Shown here piece after piece: positions 38,125 to 48,325 of a stretch of 64,000 nt of DNA. Made by a program: the position numbers and the translations under genes. Location of the stretch: the NCBI GenBank assembly GCA_046116545.1, contig CP175956.1:257734-321733 (forward strand), in the 5' to 3' direction. How positions within the stretch are numbered: position 1 is the stretch's first letter; each line of letters starts with the position of its first letter. This DNA comes from Candidatus Moraniibacteriota bacterium (GTDB lineage: Bacteria > Patescibacteriota > Minisyncoccia > Moranbacterales > GCA-2747515). The notes beneath the pieces are model-generated. The model worked only from the letters and a program-made list of their open reading frames with translations. It was not told the DNA's origin and searched no databases.

Positions 38125-39531
38125 ATGACAAAAAATTTAACTAAAAATAATTTAAACTTTAACAGGCGTCATGATTTTGCGATGCCTGAAGTTTCTGTTA
38201 CAAAAGTTAAGCCTGGCATAAATAAAAATGTAGTTCAATCAATAAGCGATTATAAAAAAGAAGACTCTTGGATGCAGAAATTTAGACAAACTTCTTACAA
38301 AATATTCAACGAAAAAGAAATGCCTAAATGGGGTCCTGGTTTATCAAAAATAAATTTTGATAATATAACATATTTTCTAAGAGCCACCGACAAGCAAGTT
38401 ACTTCCTGGGATGACCTGCCAGATGAAATTAAAGAAACTTATGATAAAATAGGCGTTCCTGAACATGAAAAAAAGTGGTTAGGCGGTGTTAGCGCTCAAT
38501 ATGAAAGTGAGGTTGTTTACGAATCTATTGCCAAAGAACTTGATGATTTGGGTGTACTTTTTTGTGATATGGATACTGCTGTCAAAAAATATCCTAAATT
38601 AGTTAAAAAATATTTTGGTAAATTAGTACCTCCAACTGACAATAAATTTGCTGCACTAAATTCTGCTGTGTGGAGTGGTGGTTCATTTATTTATATTCCA
38701 AAAGGAGTTCATGTGAAACTTCCTTTACAAGCTTATTTCAGAATCAATGCTGAACGATTTGGACAATTTGAACGTACACTCATAATAGCTGATGAGGATT
38801 CATCTGTGCATTATATAGAAGGCTGCACTGCACCAACTTATTCAACTGAATCTATTCATGCTGCTGTAGTTGAAATATTTGTCCTAAAAAATGCAAAGAT
38901 TCGATATACAACAATTCAAAACTGGAGCACAAATATTTATAATCTTGTCACAAAACGAGCAAAGGCAATGGAGGGCGCTACAATGGAGTGGGTTGATTGT
39001 AATATTGGATCGGGCGTAACTATGAAATACCCTGCTGTACTTTTAGCTGGTGATGGTGCTCGTGGAAATATGATGTCTATAGCGTTAGCTGGTAAAAATC
39101 AAACTATAGATACAGGAGCAAAGATGATACATTTAGCTCCAAATACAAATTCAAATATCATTTCAAAATCAATATCTATGGATGGTGGCATATCAAACTA
39201 TAGAGGGTTAATACAAATAACAACTGCTGCAAAAAATGCCAAAAGTCATACTCAATGTGATGCAATGTTACTAGATAATAATTCGCAATCAAATACATAT
39301 CCAACAATGGATACGAAGGAAAAAACAGCTAGCATCTCACATGAAGCAAGTATAGAAAGTATAGACAATGAAAAAATATTTTATATGATGAGTCGTGGAC
39401 TAACAGAACAACAATCTAGAAGCATGCTAGTAAATGGATTTATAGAAGAAATAACTAAAGAAATTCCTTTGGAATATTCTGTAGAATTATACAAACTAAT
39501 TAACTTGGAAATGGAACGTTCAATAGACTAA
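38125..39531 (+). CDS. sufB: Fe-S cluster assembly scaffold SufB
   Basis: 468 aa with typical SufB beta-helix core motifs (e.g. GARGNMMSIALAGKNQTIDTG). It is adjacent to sufC. Confidence 0.9.
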   Translation: MTKNLTKNNLNFNRRHDFAMPEVSVTKVKPGINKNVVQSISDYKKEDSWMQKFRQTSYKIFNEKEMPKWGPGLSKINFDNITYFLRATDKQVTSWDDLPDEIKETYDKIGVPEHEKKWLGGVSAQYESEVVYESIAKELDDLGVLFCDMDTAVKKYPKLVKKYFGKLVPPTDNKFAALNSAVWSGGSFIYIPKGVHVKLPLQAYFRINAERFGQFERTLIIADEDSSVHYIEGCTAPTYSTESIHAAVVEIFVLKNAKIRYTTIQNWSTNIYNLVTKRAKAMEGATMEWVDCNIGSGVTMKYPAVLLAGDGARGNMMSIALAGKNQTIDTGAKMIHLAPNTNSNIISKSISMDGGISNYRGLIQITTAAKNAKSHTQCDAMLLDNNSQSNTYPTMDTKEKTASISHEASIESIDNEKIFYMMSRGLTEQQSRSMLVNGFIEEITKEIPLEYSVELYKLINLEMERSID

Positions 39532-39536
39532 AGAAT

Positions 39537-40082
39537 ATGTTTAGAGATATAACAACTGACAATCAAGAGATTTACAAAATCACAGTTCCTGGTGACTACG
39601 TTTTTTATTTTGAAAATAAAACTAATAACTTAATTTTTGATATTCAATGTGAAGATGCACATGTCAAAATCTATGGACTTTATACATGTAAAAATTCTGA
39701 TGCTTTCAATTTACATATAACTCAAAGACATTCTTCTCCTAATAGTATTAGTAATGTCTTAATTAAAAGTATCTTATATGACAAAAGTAACTTTAATTTC
39801 ACAGGAGTCATAGATATATTAAAGGAGGCCATCAATTCAACAGCAAATCTAGAAAATTATAATTTACTACTGAGTGATAAAGCACACGTGATAACATCTC
39901 CACAACTAGAAGTTGTGCCTAATGAAGTTAATTGTAAACACTCTGCAAAAATAATTCCATTAGATACCGCACAATTAAATTATATGACCTCAAGAGGTAT
40001 CTCAATAGAAGCTGCAAAACAATTACTTATTGATGGATTTACAGATGAAATTTTACAAATAAAAAAATGTCTACAAAAATAA
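39537..40082 (+). CDS. short SufD-like protein
   Basis: 181 aa. A SufBD-type beta-helix segment is present. The gene follows sufB by 5 bp. It is much shorter than canonical SufD. Confidence 0.5.
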   Translation: MFRDITTDNQEIYKITVPGDYVFYFENKTNNLIFDIQCEDAHVKIYGLYTCKNSDAFNLHITQRHSSPNSISNVLIKSILYDKSNFNFTGVIDILKEAINSTANLENYNLLLSDKAHVITSPQLEVVPNEVNCKHSAKIIPLDTAQLNYMTSRGISIEAAKQLLIDGFTDEILQIKKCLQK

Positions 40083-40222
40083 TTATTTTTGTAGACATTT
40101 TTGCTGTCACGTGAGCACTGGATTCACTAGCTGAATGGCTTTACTTCCTACCAAACAATATCATTGGGACTTTTCGTCTCTCACTCACATGTAACAGAAA
40201 TATGTACTGTACTAATAATACA

Positions 40223-40720
40223 TCAAATAAGTGCCATGCCGAAATATCTATGAAAGCCAGCTTCTCCCACGCCTGTTAGAATTATGGACTCGCGACCCGC
40301 AAACTGTGCAAAATCACTTTCATCTTCTACATCATTGAAGTACACAAGTTGTGGCTTATCTGGACTCGCACAACGGGATGGACCTCGACAACCGCGAAAA
40401 ATATGTTGTTGATAAGTTTTACGTAAAGCCAGTTTTAATAATGGAATACAATCAGGAGAATATTGTCCACCATACTTCATTGTCCAGACAGGCGTATCTT
40501 TGAACCATATCGTCGTAAAACCTGATGACATATTACTTAACGGTGTAGTACAATATGCATCATGCACGACAAAATCTTCTGATCTAAAAGTAATACATTT
40601 ATATCCTGGCATACCTGGCATGTCATATTTTTCAACCTTTGCATTACTAACATATCCTTGACACATCGTCTTAAAAAAAATATCTTCAATTTGTTCTAAT
40701 GTTACATCTACGGCATCCAT
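40223..40720 (-). CDS. Cys-rich hypothetical protein
   Basis: 165 aa. Scattered Cys residues occur in CQGY, YKCITF, AYCTT, DCIP and CRGPSRCASP. There is no signal peptide. Confidence 0.35.
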   Translation of the reverse strand: MDAVDVTLEQIEDIFFKTMCQGYVSNAKVEKYDMPGMPGYKCITFRSEDFVVHDAYCTTPLSNMSSGFTTIWFKDTPVWTMKYGGQYSPDCIPLLKLALRKTYQQHIFRGCRGPSRCASPDKPQLVYFNDVEDESDFAQFAGRESIILTGVGEAGFHRYFGMALI

Positions 40721-40804
40721 TAAACACCTCTCTTATTTGAATTTTATCTTTTTGTTAAAAAACTATGATACAAAATATTATCATAAAATCAATAGACAGT
40801 CAAT

Positions 40805-40834
40805 CAAAAAACCGACCAAATGGTCGGTTTTTTG
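40805..40834 (-). terminator. bidirectional rho-independent terminator downstream of rpoC
   Basis: Sequence aaaaaACCGACCaaatGGTCGGTtttttt. Confidence 0.65.
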
Positions 40835-40867
40835 TGTGCCTATTTTTTGTAACTACAGAAAAATATT

Positions 40868-43800
40868 TTATTTTTTTTCTGCTTGTCGGAATCCTGTTCC
40901 TGCTGGAATTAGTCGTCCGATTATTACATTTTCTTTTAGACCTCTTAAACGATCTTTCTTTCCAGAAATTGAAGCGTTAATAAGAACTCTTGCAGTTTCT
41001 TGGAATGATGCAGCTGACAAGAATGATTCAGTTGAAAGAGCTACTTTTGTGATACCAAGTATCATTGGCTCTCCTTCTGCTATCTTTCCTTTTCCAGCTT
41101 CTTCATTTGCATCATTGAACTCACTTAGCTCAACTACCTCACCTGGGATAAGAGTTGTATCTCCTGCTTCTTTTATACTGATACGTGAGAACATTTGTCT
41201 TATTATAATCTCAATGTGTTTATCATTGATACCTTCACCTTGTGAAGCATAGATATTTTGAATTTCACTAACAATATATCTATGTACAGCTTCCTTGCCC
41301 ATAGTTGCATACAATTTTTTCAGATCCATATGACCTTCATTTAATTGTTGCCCCTTTGTTACAAGGTCACCTTTTGCAATATTGATTGTTGCTACTGAAG
41401 GAACATTATATTTCTTTTGTTTCTTCTTATTATCTTGTTCTTCTATGACAACAGTTACAAATTTTCCACCATCATCTTCATATTCAACAACTTTACCATC
41501 AATTTCTGAAAGAATTGACTCACCTTTTGGTACACGAGCCTCGAAGATTTCTTCTACACGAGGAAGACCTTGTGTAATATCACTTCCAGCAACACCACCA
41601 ACATGGAAAGTACGCATAGTAAGCTGTGTTCCAGGTTCACCAATAGCTTGAGCCGCTACAGTTCCTACAGCCTGACCAAGTGTTACAACTTCACTTCTTC
41701 CCAAATCGATTCCATAACATTTCTGACAAATTCCACGAAGTGTTTTACAAGCTGTCGCAGTTCTAATCTTAACCTTCTTGACTCCAGATTTATCAATAGC
41801 TTGAGCTTGTTCTTTTGATATAATATCACTTGATTCTACCAAAACTTTATCAGTTTTTGGATGCTTTAGAGTACCGCAAGCAGTACGTCCAACAACTCTA
41901 GCAAAAAACTCAATTCCAATCTTATCTGAATCTTCTCGGTAAACATATCCACCAGTTCTGTCTCCACAGTTTTCTTCTGTTACTATCACATCTTGAGCAA
42001 CATCTACCAAACGACGAGTTAGATAACCAGCTGTCGCAGTTCTTAGAGCTGTATCAGCCATACCCTTACGAGCTCCATGAGTTGAGATGAAATATTCCAA
42101 CACATCGAGACCTTCTTTGTATGAACTTCGCACTGGTAATTCTAATGTTTCACCAGTAGCTCCAGCCATCAAACCTTTCATACCTGTCATCTGTACCACA
42201 ACTGATTCACTACCACGAGCCTTAGAATAAACCATTGAATAAACTGGACCTTCTTTATCAAGTCCATTTCTCACTTCCTCAGTAATATCATCTTTGGCTT
42301 TATTCCATATATCAATAGAACGGTTCTTACGCTCTTCTTCTGTAAGAAGTCCCATGTCATAATTCTCTCTAACTTCATTCACTAATACTTGTGAAGCTTC
42401 TAGAATTTCTTTTTTCTTTTCTGGAATTTTTAAGTCATCCATTCCCCAACTAATACCTGATTTTGTTACAGTTTCAAATCCAAGATTTTTCACTCTATCT
42501 ATAAATAGAGCTGTCTCATCTTGACCTTCAGTCTCTAACATTGTTGCAACGATGTCTTTCAATTCAACCTTTGTCATTTCTTCATTAATGAAACGCATTG
42601 ATTCTGGCAAAATATCATTGAACATTCCGCGACCAGCTGAAGTTTTGTATGTTTTTTTATTGTATTGAAGATAAATTTCAGCATTTACAGCAATTATACC
42701 ATTTTGATAAGCAAGTGCTGCCTCATCAATATTAGCAAATATTTTACCTTCACCTTTAGCTCCTTTTTTAATATGAGTAATATAATAAATACCCAATACC
42801 AAGTCTAGCGTTGGAGTCGTAATAGGCTCACCACTAGCAGGCTTAATAAGGTTCTTTGATGAAAGCATCAAGTTTGCGCATTCTTCACGTGCCTTATCTG
42901 TCAAAGGAACATGAACTGCCATCTGATCACCATCGAAGTCAGCATTAAATGCTGCACATACCATAGGATGCAATTGTATTGCTTTACCTTCAATAAGAAC
43001 TGGTTGGAAAGCTTGAATCGAAAGTCTATGCAAAGTAGGCGCACGGTTAAGCATTACGTAATGATGTGGAATGATATTATCCAAAATTTCATATGCTTCT
43101 TCTGTTTCATTATCAACCATCTTCCCAGCTGTACGCACGTTATGAGCATACTCTCTTTCAATAAGTTTATTGATAATAAACGGCTTGTATAGCTCAAGTG
43201 CCATCTTCTTTGGGATACCCGCTTGATGTAATTTCAACTGGGGACCAATCACAATTACACTACGACCAGAATAGTCAACACGCTTACCAAGTAAGTTTTG
43301 ACGGAATCGTCCTTGCTTCCCTTTCAAAGAATCAGCAAGTGATCTAAGTGCTCTACGTTGTCCTGTTGAAGCCGCTACAGAAGCTTGTCCACGACGAGCA
43401 GAGTTGTCAAACAAAGCATCAACTGCTTCTTGCAACATTCTCTTTTCGTTTCGTGTAATAACCTCAGGAGCATGTAAGTCCATAAGTTTTTTCAAACGAT
43501 TGTTTCGGTTGATGATTCTACGATAGAGATCATTCAAATCAGAAGTAGCAAATCGTCCACCATCAAGAGCAACCATTGGTCGCAAATCTGGTGGAATAAC
43601 TGGCACAACTGTTGGTAACATCCATTCTAATTTGATTTTTGCTTTTTTAATTCCTTGATAAAATTTGATTCGTTTCTGCATCTTTTTCTTTGTAATAGAA
43701 TCAACCTCATCAACTTGCTCAGCAAGTTCTTTTCGCATTACATCCACATCCATATCTACTAATAGATCCCGAATAGCTTCAGCACCGATACCCGCAGAAA

Positions 43801-44440
43801 ACACTTGTCCAAAACTAGTAGACAAATTAAAATATTCTACTTCAGTTAAAATTTGATATTTTTTCAAATTTTTCAATGCATCACGCTTTGAACGAAATTG
43901 TTTTTTCAATTCTTGTAATGTGTCTTTATCATCATTAGCTTTAAGCTCTTTTTGCTTGTGCTTAAACTCACTTTCAAGATTTTCTTGAGCACTAATTTTT
44001 GCAGCCTCTTCTACATCTGTAACGATATATGATGAAAAGTAAATAACTTTTTCTAATTGTTGTGGAGAAAGTCCTAAAGCAAGACCAATCTTACTAGGCA
44101 CACCACGCAAAAACCAAATATGTGATACAGGAACAGATAGTTGAATATGTCCCATTCTTTCACGACGGATAATTGAACGAGTTACTTCTACTCCACACTT
44201 ATCACAAGTTATCCCCTTATATCGAATACGCTTATATTTTCCACAATAACATTCCCAATCTTTTGATGGTCCAAATATTCTTTCGCAAAATAGACCATCC
44301 ATCTCAAATCTTTGAGTACGGTAATTGATTGTTTCTGGTTTTGTAATCTCACCACTTGACCAACCCAAAATACTTTCTGGAGAAGCAAGTCTAAGCCTGA
44401 CACTGTCGAAATCACTAACTTTTGTTACATTATTTTCCAT
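40868..44440 (-). CDS. rpoC: DNA-directed RNA polymerase subunit beta'
   Basis: 1190 aa. The zinc-binding N-terminus (CERIFGP..CYCGKY), NADFDGDQMAVHVP catalytic motif and trigger-loop region are present. Confidence 0.95.
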   Translation of the reverse strand: MENNVTKVSDFDSVRLRLASPESILGWSSGEITKPETINYRTQRFEMDGLFCERIFGPSKDWECYCGKYKRIRYKGITCDKCGVEVTRSIIRRERMGHIQLSVPVSHIWFLRGVPSKIGLALGLSPQQLEKVIYFSSYIVTDVEEAAKISAQENLESEFKHKQKELKANDDKDTLQELKKQFRSKRDALKNLKKYQILTEVEYFNLSTSFGQVFSAGIGAEAIRDLLVDMDVDVMRKELAEQVDEVDSITKKKMQKRIKFYQGIKKAKIKLEWMLPTVVPVIPPDLRPMVALDGGRFATSDLNDLYRRIINRNNRLKKLMDLHAPEVITRNEKRMLQEAVDALFDNSARRGQASVAASTGQRRALRSLADSLKGKQGRFRQNLLGKRVDYSGRSVIVIGPQLKLHQAGIPKKMALELYKPFIINKLIEREYAHNVRTAGKMVDNETEEAYEILDNIIPHHYVMLNRAPTLHRLSIQAFQPVLIEGKAIQLHPMVCAAFNADFDGDQMAVHVPLTDKAREECANLMLSSKNLIKPASGEPITTPTLDLVLGIYYITHIKKGAKGEGKIFANIDEAALAYQNGIIAVNAEIYLQYNKKTYKTSAGRGMFNDILPESMRFINEEMTKVELKDIVATMLETEGQDETALFIDRVKNLGFETVTKSGISWGMDDLKIPEKKKEILEASQVLVNEVRENYDMGLLTEEERKNRSIDIWNKAKDDITEEVRNGLDKEGPVYSMVYSKARGSESVVVQMTGMKGLMAGATGETLELPVRSSYKEGLDVLEYFISTHGARKGMADTALRTATAGYLTRRLVDVAQDVIVTEENCGDRTGGYVYREDSDKIGIEFFARVVGRTACGTLKHPKTDKVLVESSDIISKEQAQAIDKSGVKKVKIRTATACKTLRGICQKCYGIDLGRSEVVTLGQAVGTVAAQAIGEPGTQLTMRTFHVGGVAGSDITQGLPRVEEIFEARVPKGESILSEIDGKVVEYEDDGGKFVTVVIEEQDNKKKQKKYNVPSVATINIAKGDLVTKGQQLNEGHMDLKKLYATMGKEAVHRYIVSEIQNIYASQGEGINDKHIEIIIRQMFSRISIKEAGDTTLIPGEVVELSEFNDANEEAGKGKIAEGEPMILGITKVALSTESFLSAASFQETARVLINASISGKKDRLRGLKENVIIGRLIPAGTGFRQAEKK

Positions 44441-44504
44441 ATGTTTTAACTTTAAGTTATATTAGATGCTTACCCTATCCGCCGATAGAATCGGCGGAAG
44501 AGGA

Positions 44505-47500
44505 TTATTTCTTTCCTTTTGCTTTTGCATCCTTAGCTTCTTGAGCAATTGCTTTTGAAGTATCAGATTTCTTTGCGTCATCACCTGACTCGACTTTCTG
44601 TCCGATGAGATCTACATCCAAACACAATCCTTTAAGTTCATTTACCAATACGTGGAATGAAGCAGGTAGGTTTGGACTCTTAATTTCTTCACCTTTGATA
44701 ATTGATTCATATGCCTTTGACCGTCCAAGCACATCATCAGATTTAATTGTAAGCATTTCTTGCAATGTGTGTGCTGCCCCATGACCTTCAAGTGCCCACA
44801 CTTCCATCTCTCCAAAACGCTGTCCACCAAACTGAGCTTTACCACCAAGTGGTTGTTGAGTAATAAGTGAATATGGACCAATTGATCGCATATGCATCTT
44901 GTCATCAACTAAATGGTTCAACTTCAAGATATACATTACACCTACAGTTGACTCATTATCAAATGGTCGTCCTGTCTTACCATCCATCAATTTGATTTTT
45001 CCGTTTTCTGGCAATCCTGCTGATTTCAATTCTTTTTTAATATCTTCTTCACTTACACCATCAAGTGCTGGAGAAGCAACTGTGTAACCATGTTCAAGTG
45101 CAGCCCATCCTAGATGGGTTTCTAGAATCTGACCAATATTCATACGACTAGCCACACCAAGAGGATTCAATATAACATCAACAGGAGTTCCATCTGGTAG
45201 GTACGGCATGTCTTCTGCTGGTGCAATTCTTGAAATAACACCCTTATTTCCATGACGACCAGCTAACTTATCCCCTACAGAAATTCGTCTCATCTGAGCA
45301 ACTGAAATCTGAATCTGTTGACTTACACCAGTTGGTAATCTATCACCTTGTTCTCTTGTGAAGATTTTGATATCAACAACTTTTCCAATTTCACCATGTG
45401 GCAAATAAAGTGATGAGTCTTTTACATCCCTTGATTTTTCACCAAAAATTGCTCGAAGCAATCTTTCTTCAGCTGTAAGATCACCTTCACCTTTTGGAGT
45501 AATTTTACCAACCATGATATCACCAGAAGCAATTTCAGCACCTATTCGAACAATACCTGTTTCGTCTAGATTCTTTAATCTTTCTTCACCAATATTTGGG
45601 ATATCACGAGTTACTACCTCAGGTCCAAGTTTTGTATCACGAACATCCAATTTGAAATCCTCAATATGAATTGAACTCCATCTATCATTTCGCAACACTC
45701 TATCAGAAATGATAATGGCATCCTCAAAGTTAAGCCCTTCCCATGGCACAAATGCTACAAGCATATTTTGACCTAAAGCTAATTCACCATGTTCAGTTGA
45801 AGAACCATCAGCAAGCAATTGTCCTTTTTTAACTTTCTGGCCAACTGTTACACGAGGCACTTGATTCAAAGAACTAAACGCGTTTGACTTCATAAAAGTA
45901 TGTAGTATATATTCACGTTTATTCTTTCTCTTCTTTTTTGAACCTTTTTCCATGTCTTCCTCGACAATAACCTTAGTTCCATCAACAACAGTTACAACAC
46001 CATTATTCTTTGCAATAACAGCTTGACCTGAATCAGCCGCAGCTTTGTCCTCGATACCAGTTCCTACTAAAGGAGCTTCTGGTTTTACACAAGATACAGC
46101 TTGTCGTTGCATGTTTGATCCCATAAGTGCACGGTTTGCATCATCATGCTCCAAGAACGGAATAAGTGATGTAGCAACAGAAATACACTGTTTAGGAGAA
46201 ACATCAATACAATCAATGCTAGTAGTAGCAACCATATCAGGATGTCCACCAACACGAGCTTCAACCATATCTTTAATTATATTTCTATCTTCATCAAGTT
46301 TTGTACCACCATGTGCAATAGTCTTTCTATCTTCAACAGTTGCATTTACGTAATTCAATTTTTCAGTAACAAATGGTGTCACCTTGATACTTTTTACTTT
46401 ATCTTTTGCAATTTTCTTTGCATCTTTTTCATCGATTTTAGTTCCCTTCCGCAAACCAGCAACACCTTCTGCTAATATACGTCCAACAAGTTGTTTTTCC
46501 GTATTTTTCACTTCCTGATCAACATCTAAGTAAGGAGTTTCCAAAAATCCATATTCATTAATACGTGCATAAGTTGCCAAATGACCTACTAAACCAATAT
46601 TTGGACCTTCTGGAGTTTCTACTGGACAAATTCTACCATAATGAGATTGATGTACATCACGAACCTCAAATCCAGCTCGTTCTCTAGTCAGACCACCTGG
46701 ACCAAGCGCAGATAAACGACGCTTATGCTCCAGCTCAGCAAGTGGATTCACCTGATCCATAAACTGTGATAATTGAGAGCTTGAGAAAAATTCTTTTATA
46801 GAAGCTGACACTGGACGAGAGTTTATAATCTGACCAGGTACAACTGTTTCTGGATCACAAGTACTCATTCTGTCTTTGATATTTCGTCCCATACGAGCGA
46901 AACCAATTCTCATCTTATTTTGCACTAACTCACCAACACCTCTAACACGACGGTTACCAAGATGATCAATATCATCAGCAATTGCTTGAGGATCATTATT
47001 CATTCGGATAATTTCTTTCAAAATCAATACGAAATCTTCTTTTAAAAGCACACGATTTTCAGTGTTATTTTCTCTATCTGTTTCAAGTCTTTGGTTTAAT
47101 CGGTATCTACCAACCGCTCCAAAGTCATATCTATCAAAATCAAAAAACATCGCATCAATCATTTGTTTTGCGTTTTCTTCTGTTGCTAGATCACCTGGAC
47201 GAACTCTTTTATATACTTCTTTATATCCTTCACCCTGTGTAGTTGTAATATCTTTTTCAAGTGTTTGTCCTATGTGATCAACATTTAGTATTTCAACATC
47301 GTCAAAAAGTGCCTTTATTTCATCAGTACTGCCATACCCAAAAGCACGTAGTAATGTTGTTACAGGCAATTTTCGTTTGCGATCAATTTTTACATAAATA
47401 ACTCCTTCTCTATCTGTTTCAAGTTCTAACCAAGCTCCTCTGTTTGGAATAATTTTTGCACCAAAGAATTTTTTACCTTTGATATATTCCATAGAGAAGA

Positions 47501-47975
47501 ATACTCCTGGTGAACGAATCAATTGTGAAACGATTACACGCTCAACTCCATTGATGATAAATGTACCTCTATCAGTCATAAGAGGAAACTCACCAAAATA
47601 AATTTCTTGTTCTTTTACCTCACCTGTTTTTTTCAAAACAAGTTTAGCTGTTGCGCGAAGAGGCGCTTCAAAAGAAACATTCTTGTTACGTGCTGTCCTT
47701 TCATCAAACTTTGGCTCATCAAGAAAATAATCAGAAATAGATAATTCCATATCTCTTCCTGCAAAATCTGTTATTGGATTTACTTCATCCAATAATTCTT
47801 GTAACCCTTTTTCCATAAACCAATCATAAGACGCAGTCTGCGACTCGATTAGATTTGGAAGTGAAACAGCTAGTTGTTTTTTAAAAAACTTGCGTTTAGC
47901 AAGCGAAGAAGAGGCGCTGAACTTCCCCTTTACCTTCATTTTCTTTTCCTCAACCATAAAAAGACCCGCCATCAT
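44505..47975 (-). CDS. rpoB: DNA-directed RNA polymerase subunit beta
   Basis: 1156 aa in the track. The true start is probably an internal Met (MVEEKK or MKVKGK). Conserved beta regions include the rifampicin cluster and the C-terminal NELKGLCLDVDL segment. Confidence 0.95.
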   Translation of the reverse strand: MMAGLFMVEEKKMKVKGKFSASSSLAKRKFFKKQLAVSLPNLIESQTASYDWFMEKGLQELLDEVNPITDFAGRDMELSISDYFLDEPKFDERTARNKNVSFEAPLRATAKLVLKKTGEVKEQEIYFGEFPLMTDRGTFIINGVERVIVSQLIRSPGVFFSMEYIKGKKFFGAKIIPNRGAWLELETDREGVIYVKIDRKRKLPVTTLLRAFGYGSTDEIKALFDDVEILNVDHIGQTLEKDITTTQGEGYKEVYKRVRPGDLATEENAKQMIDAMFFDFDRYDFGAVGRYRLNQRLETDRENNTENRVLLKEDFVLILKEIIRMNNDPQAIADDIDHLGNRRVRGVGELVQNKMRIGFARMGRNIKDRMSTCDPETVVPGQIINSRPVSASIKEFFSSSQLSQFMDQVNPLAELEHKRRLSALGPGGLTRERAGFEVRDVHQSHYGRICPVETPEGPNIGLVGHLATYARINEYGFLETPYLDVDQEVKNTEKQLVGRILAEGVAGLRKGTKIDEKDAKKIAKDKVKSIKVTPFVTEKLNYVNATVEDRKTIAHGGTKLDEDRNIIKDMVEARVGGHPDMVATTSIDCIDVSPKQCISVATSLIPFLEHDDANRALMGSNMQRQAVSCVKPEAPLVGTGIEDKAAADSGQAVIAKNNGVVTVVDGTKVIVEEDMEKGSKKKRKNKREYILHTFMKSNAFSSLNQVPRVTVGQKVKKGQLLADGSSTEHGELALGQNMLVAFVPWEGLNFEDAIIISDRVLRNDRWSSIHIEDFKLDVRDTKLGPEVVTRDIPNIGEERLKNLDETGIVRIGAEIASGDIMVGKITPKGEGDLTAEERLLRAIFGEKSRDVKDSSLYLPHGEIGKVVDIKIFTREQGDRLPTGVSQQIQISVAQMRRISVGDKLAGRHGNKGVISRIAPAEDMPYLPDGTPVDVILNPLGVASRMNIGQILETHLGWAALEHGYTVASPALDGVSEEDIKKELKSAGLPENGKIKLMDGKTGRPFDNESTVGVMYILKLNHLVDDKMHMRSIGPYSLITQQPLGGKAQFGGQRFGEMEVWALEGHGAAHTLQEMLTIKSDDVLGRSKAYESIIKGEEIKSPNLPASFHVLVNELKGLCLDVDLIGQKVESGDDAKKSDTSKAIAQEAKDAKAKGKK

Positions 47976-48245
47976 ACGATATCCCCAAGCTCTGATAAGT
48001 GTCTTGAGAGCTTGCGTTCTACCTTATTGATGGAGTTTTAAAATGATTACTATTTAATTGTCGCACAAAATTGTCCGATATTCTGCATCCAAACTTGACA
48101 CGAAATTCCCTGTCATCAAACAGAAAATCCGCCTCATTAAAGTGGATTATTTTCAGTACATTGAATATTATCAGACAAAAATTATATTGTCAATAGTAAC
48201 CACATACTGCAACACATTTCTATATAATTAGAATATTTTTTTATC

Positions 48246-48289
48246 ATAAAATAAAAACATCGTTAATTAAATTTAATTAACGATGTTTC
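48246..48289 (-). terminator. rho-independent terminator after the purM-like gene
   Basis: Sequence AAACATCGTTAATTAAatttAATTAACGATGTTT. On the minus strand it is followed by TTTTTATTTT. Confidence 0.6.
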
Positions 48290-48325
48290 ATAATATTGTG
48301 CCAGATTTAATCTTTACACAAAAAT

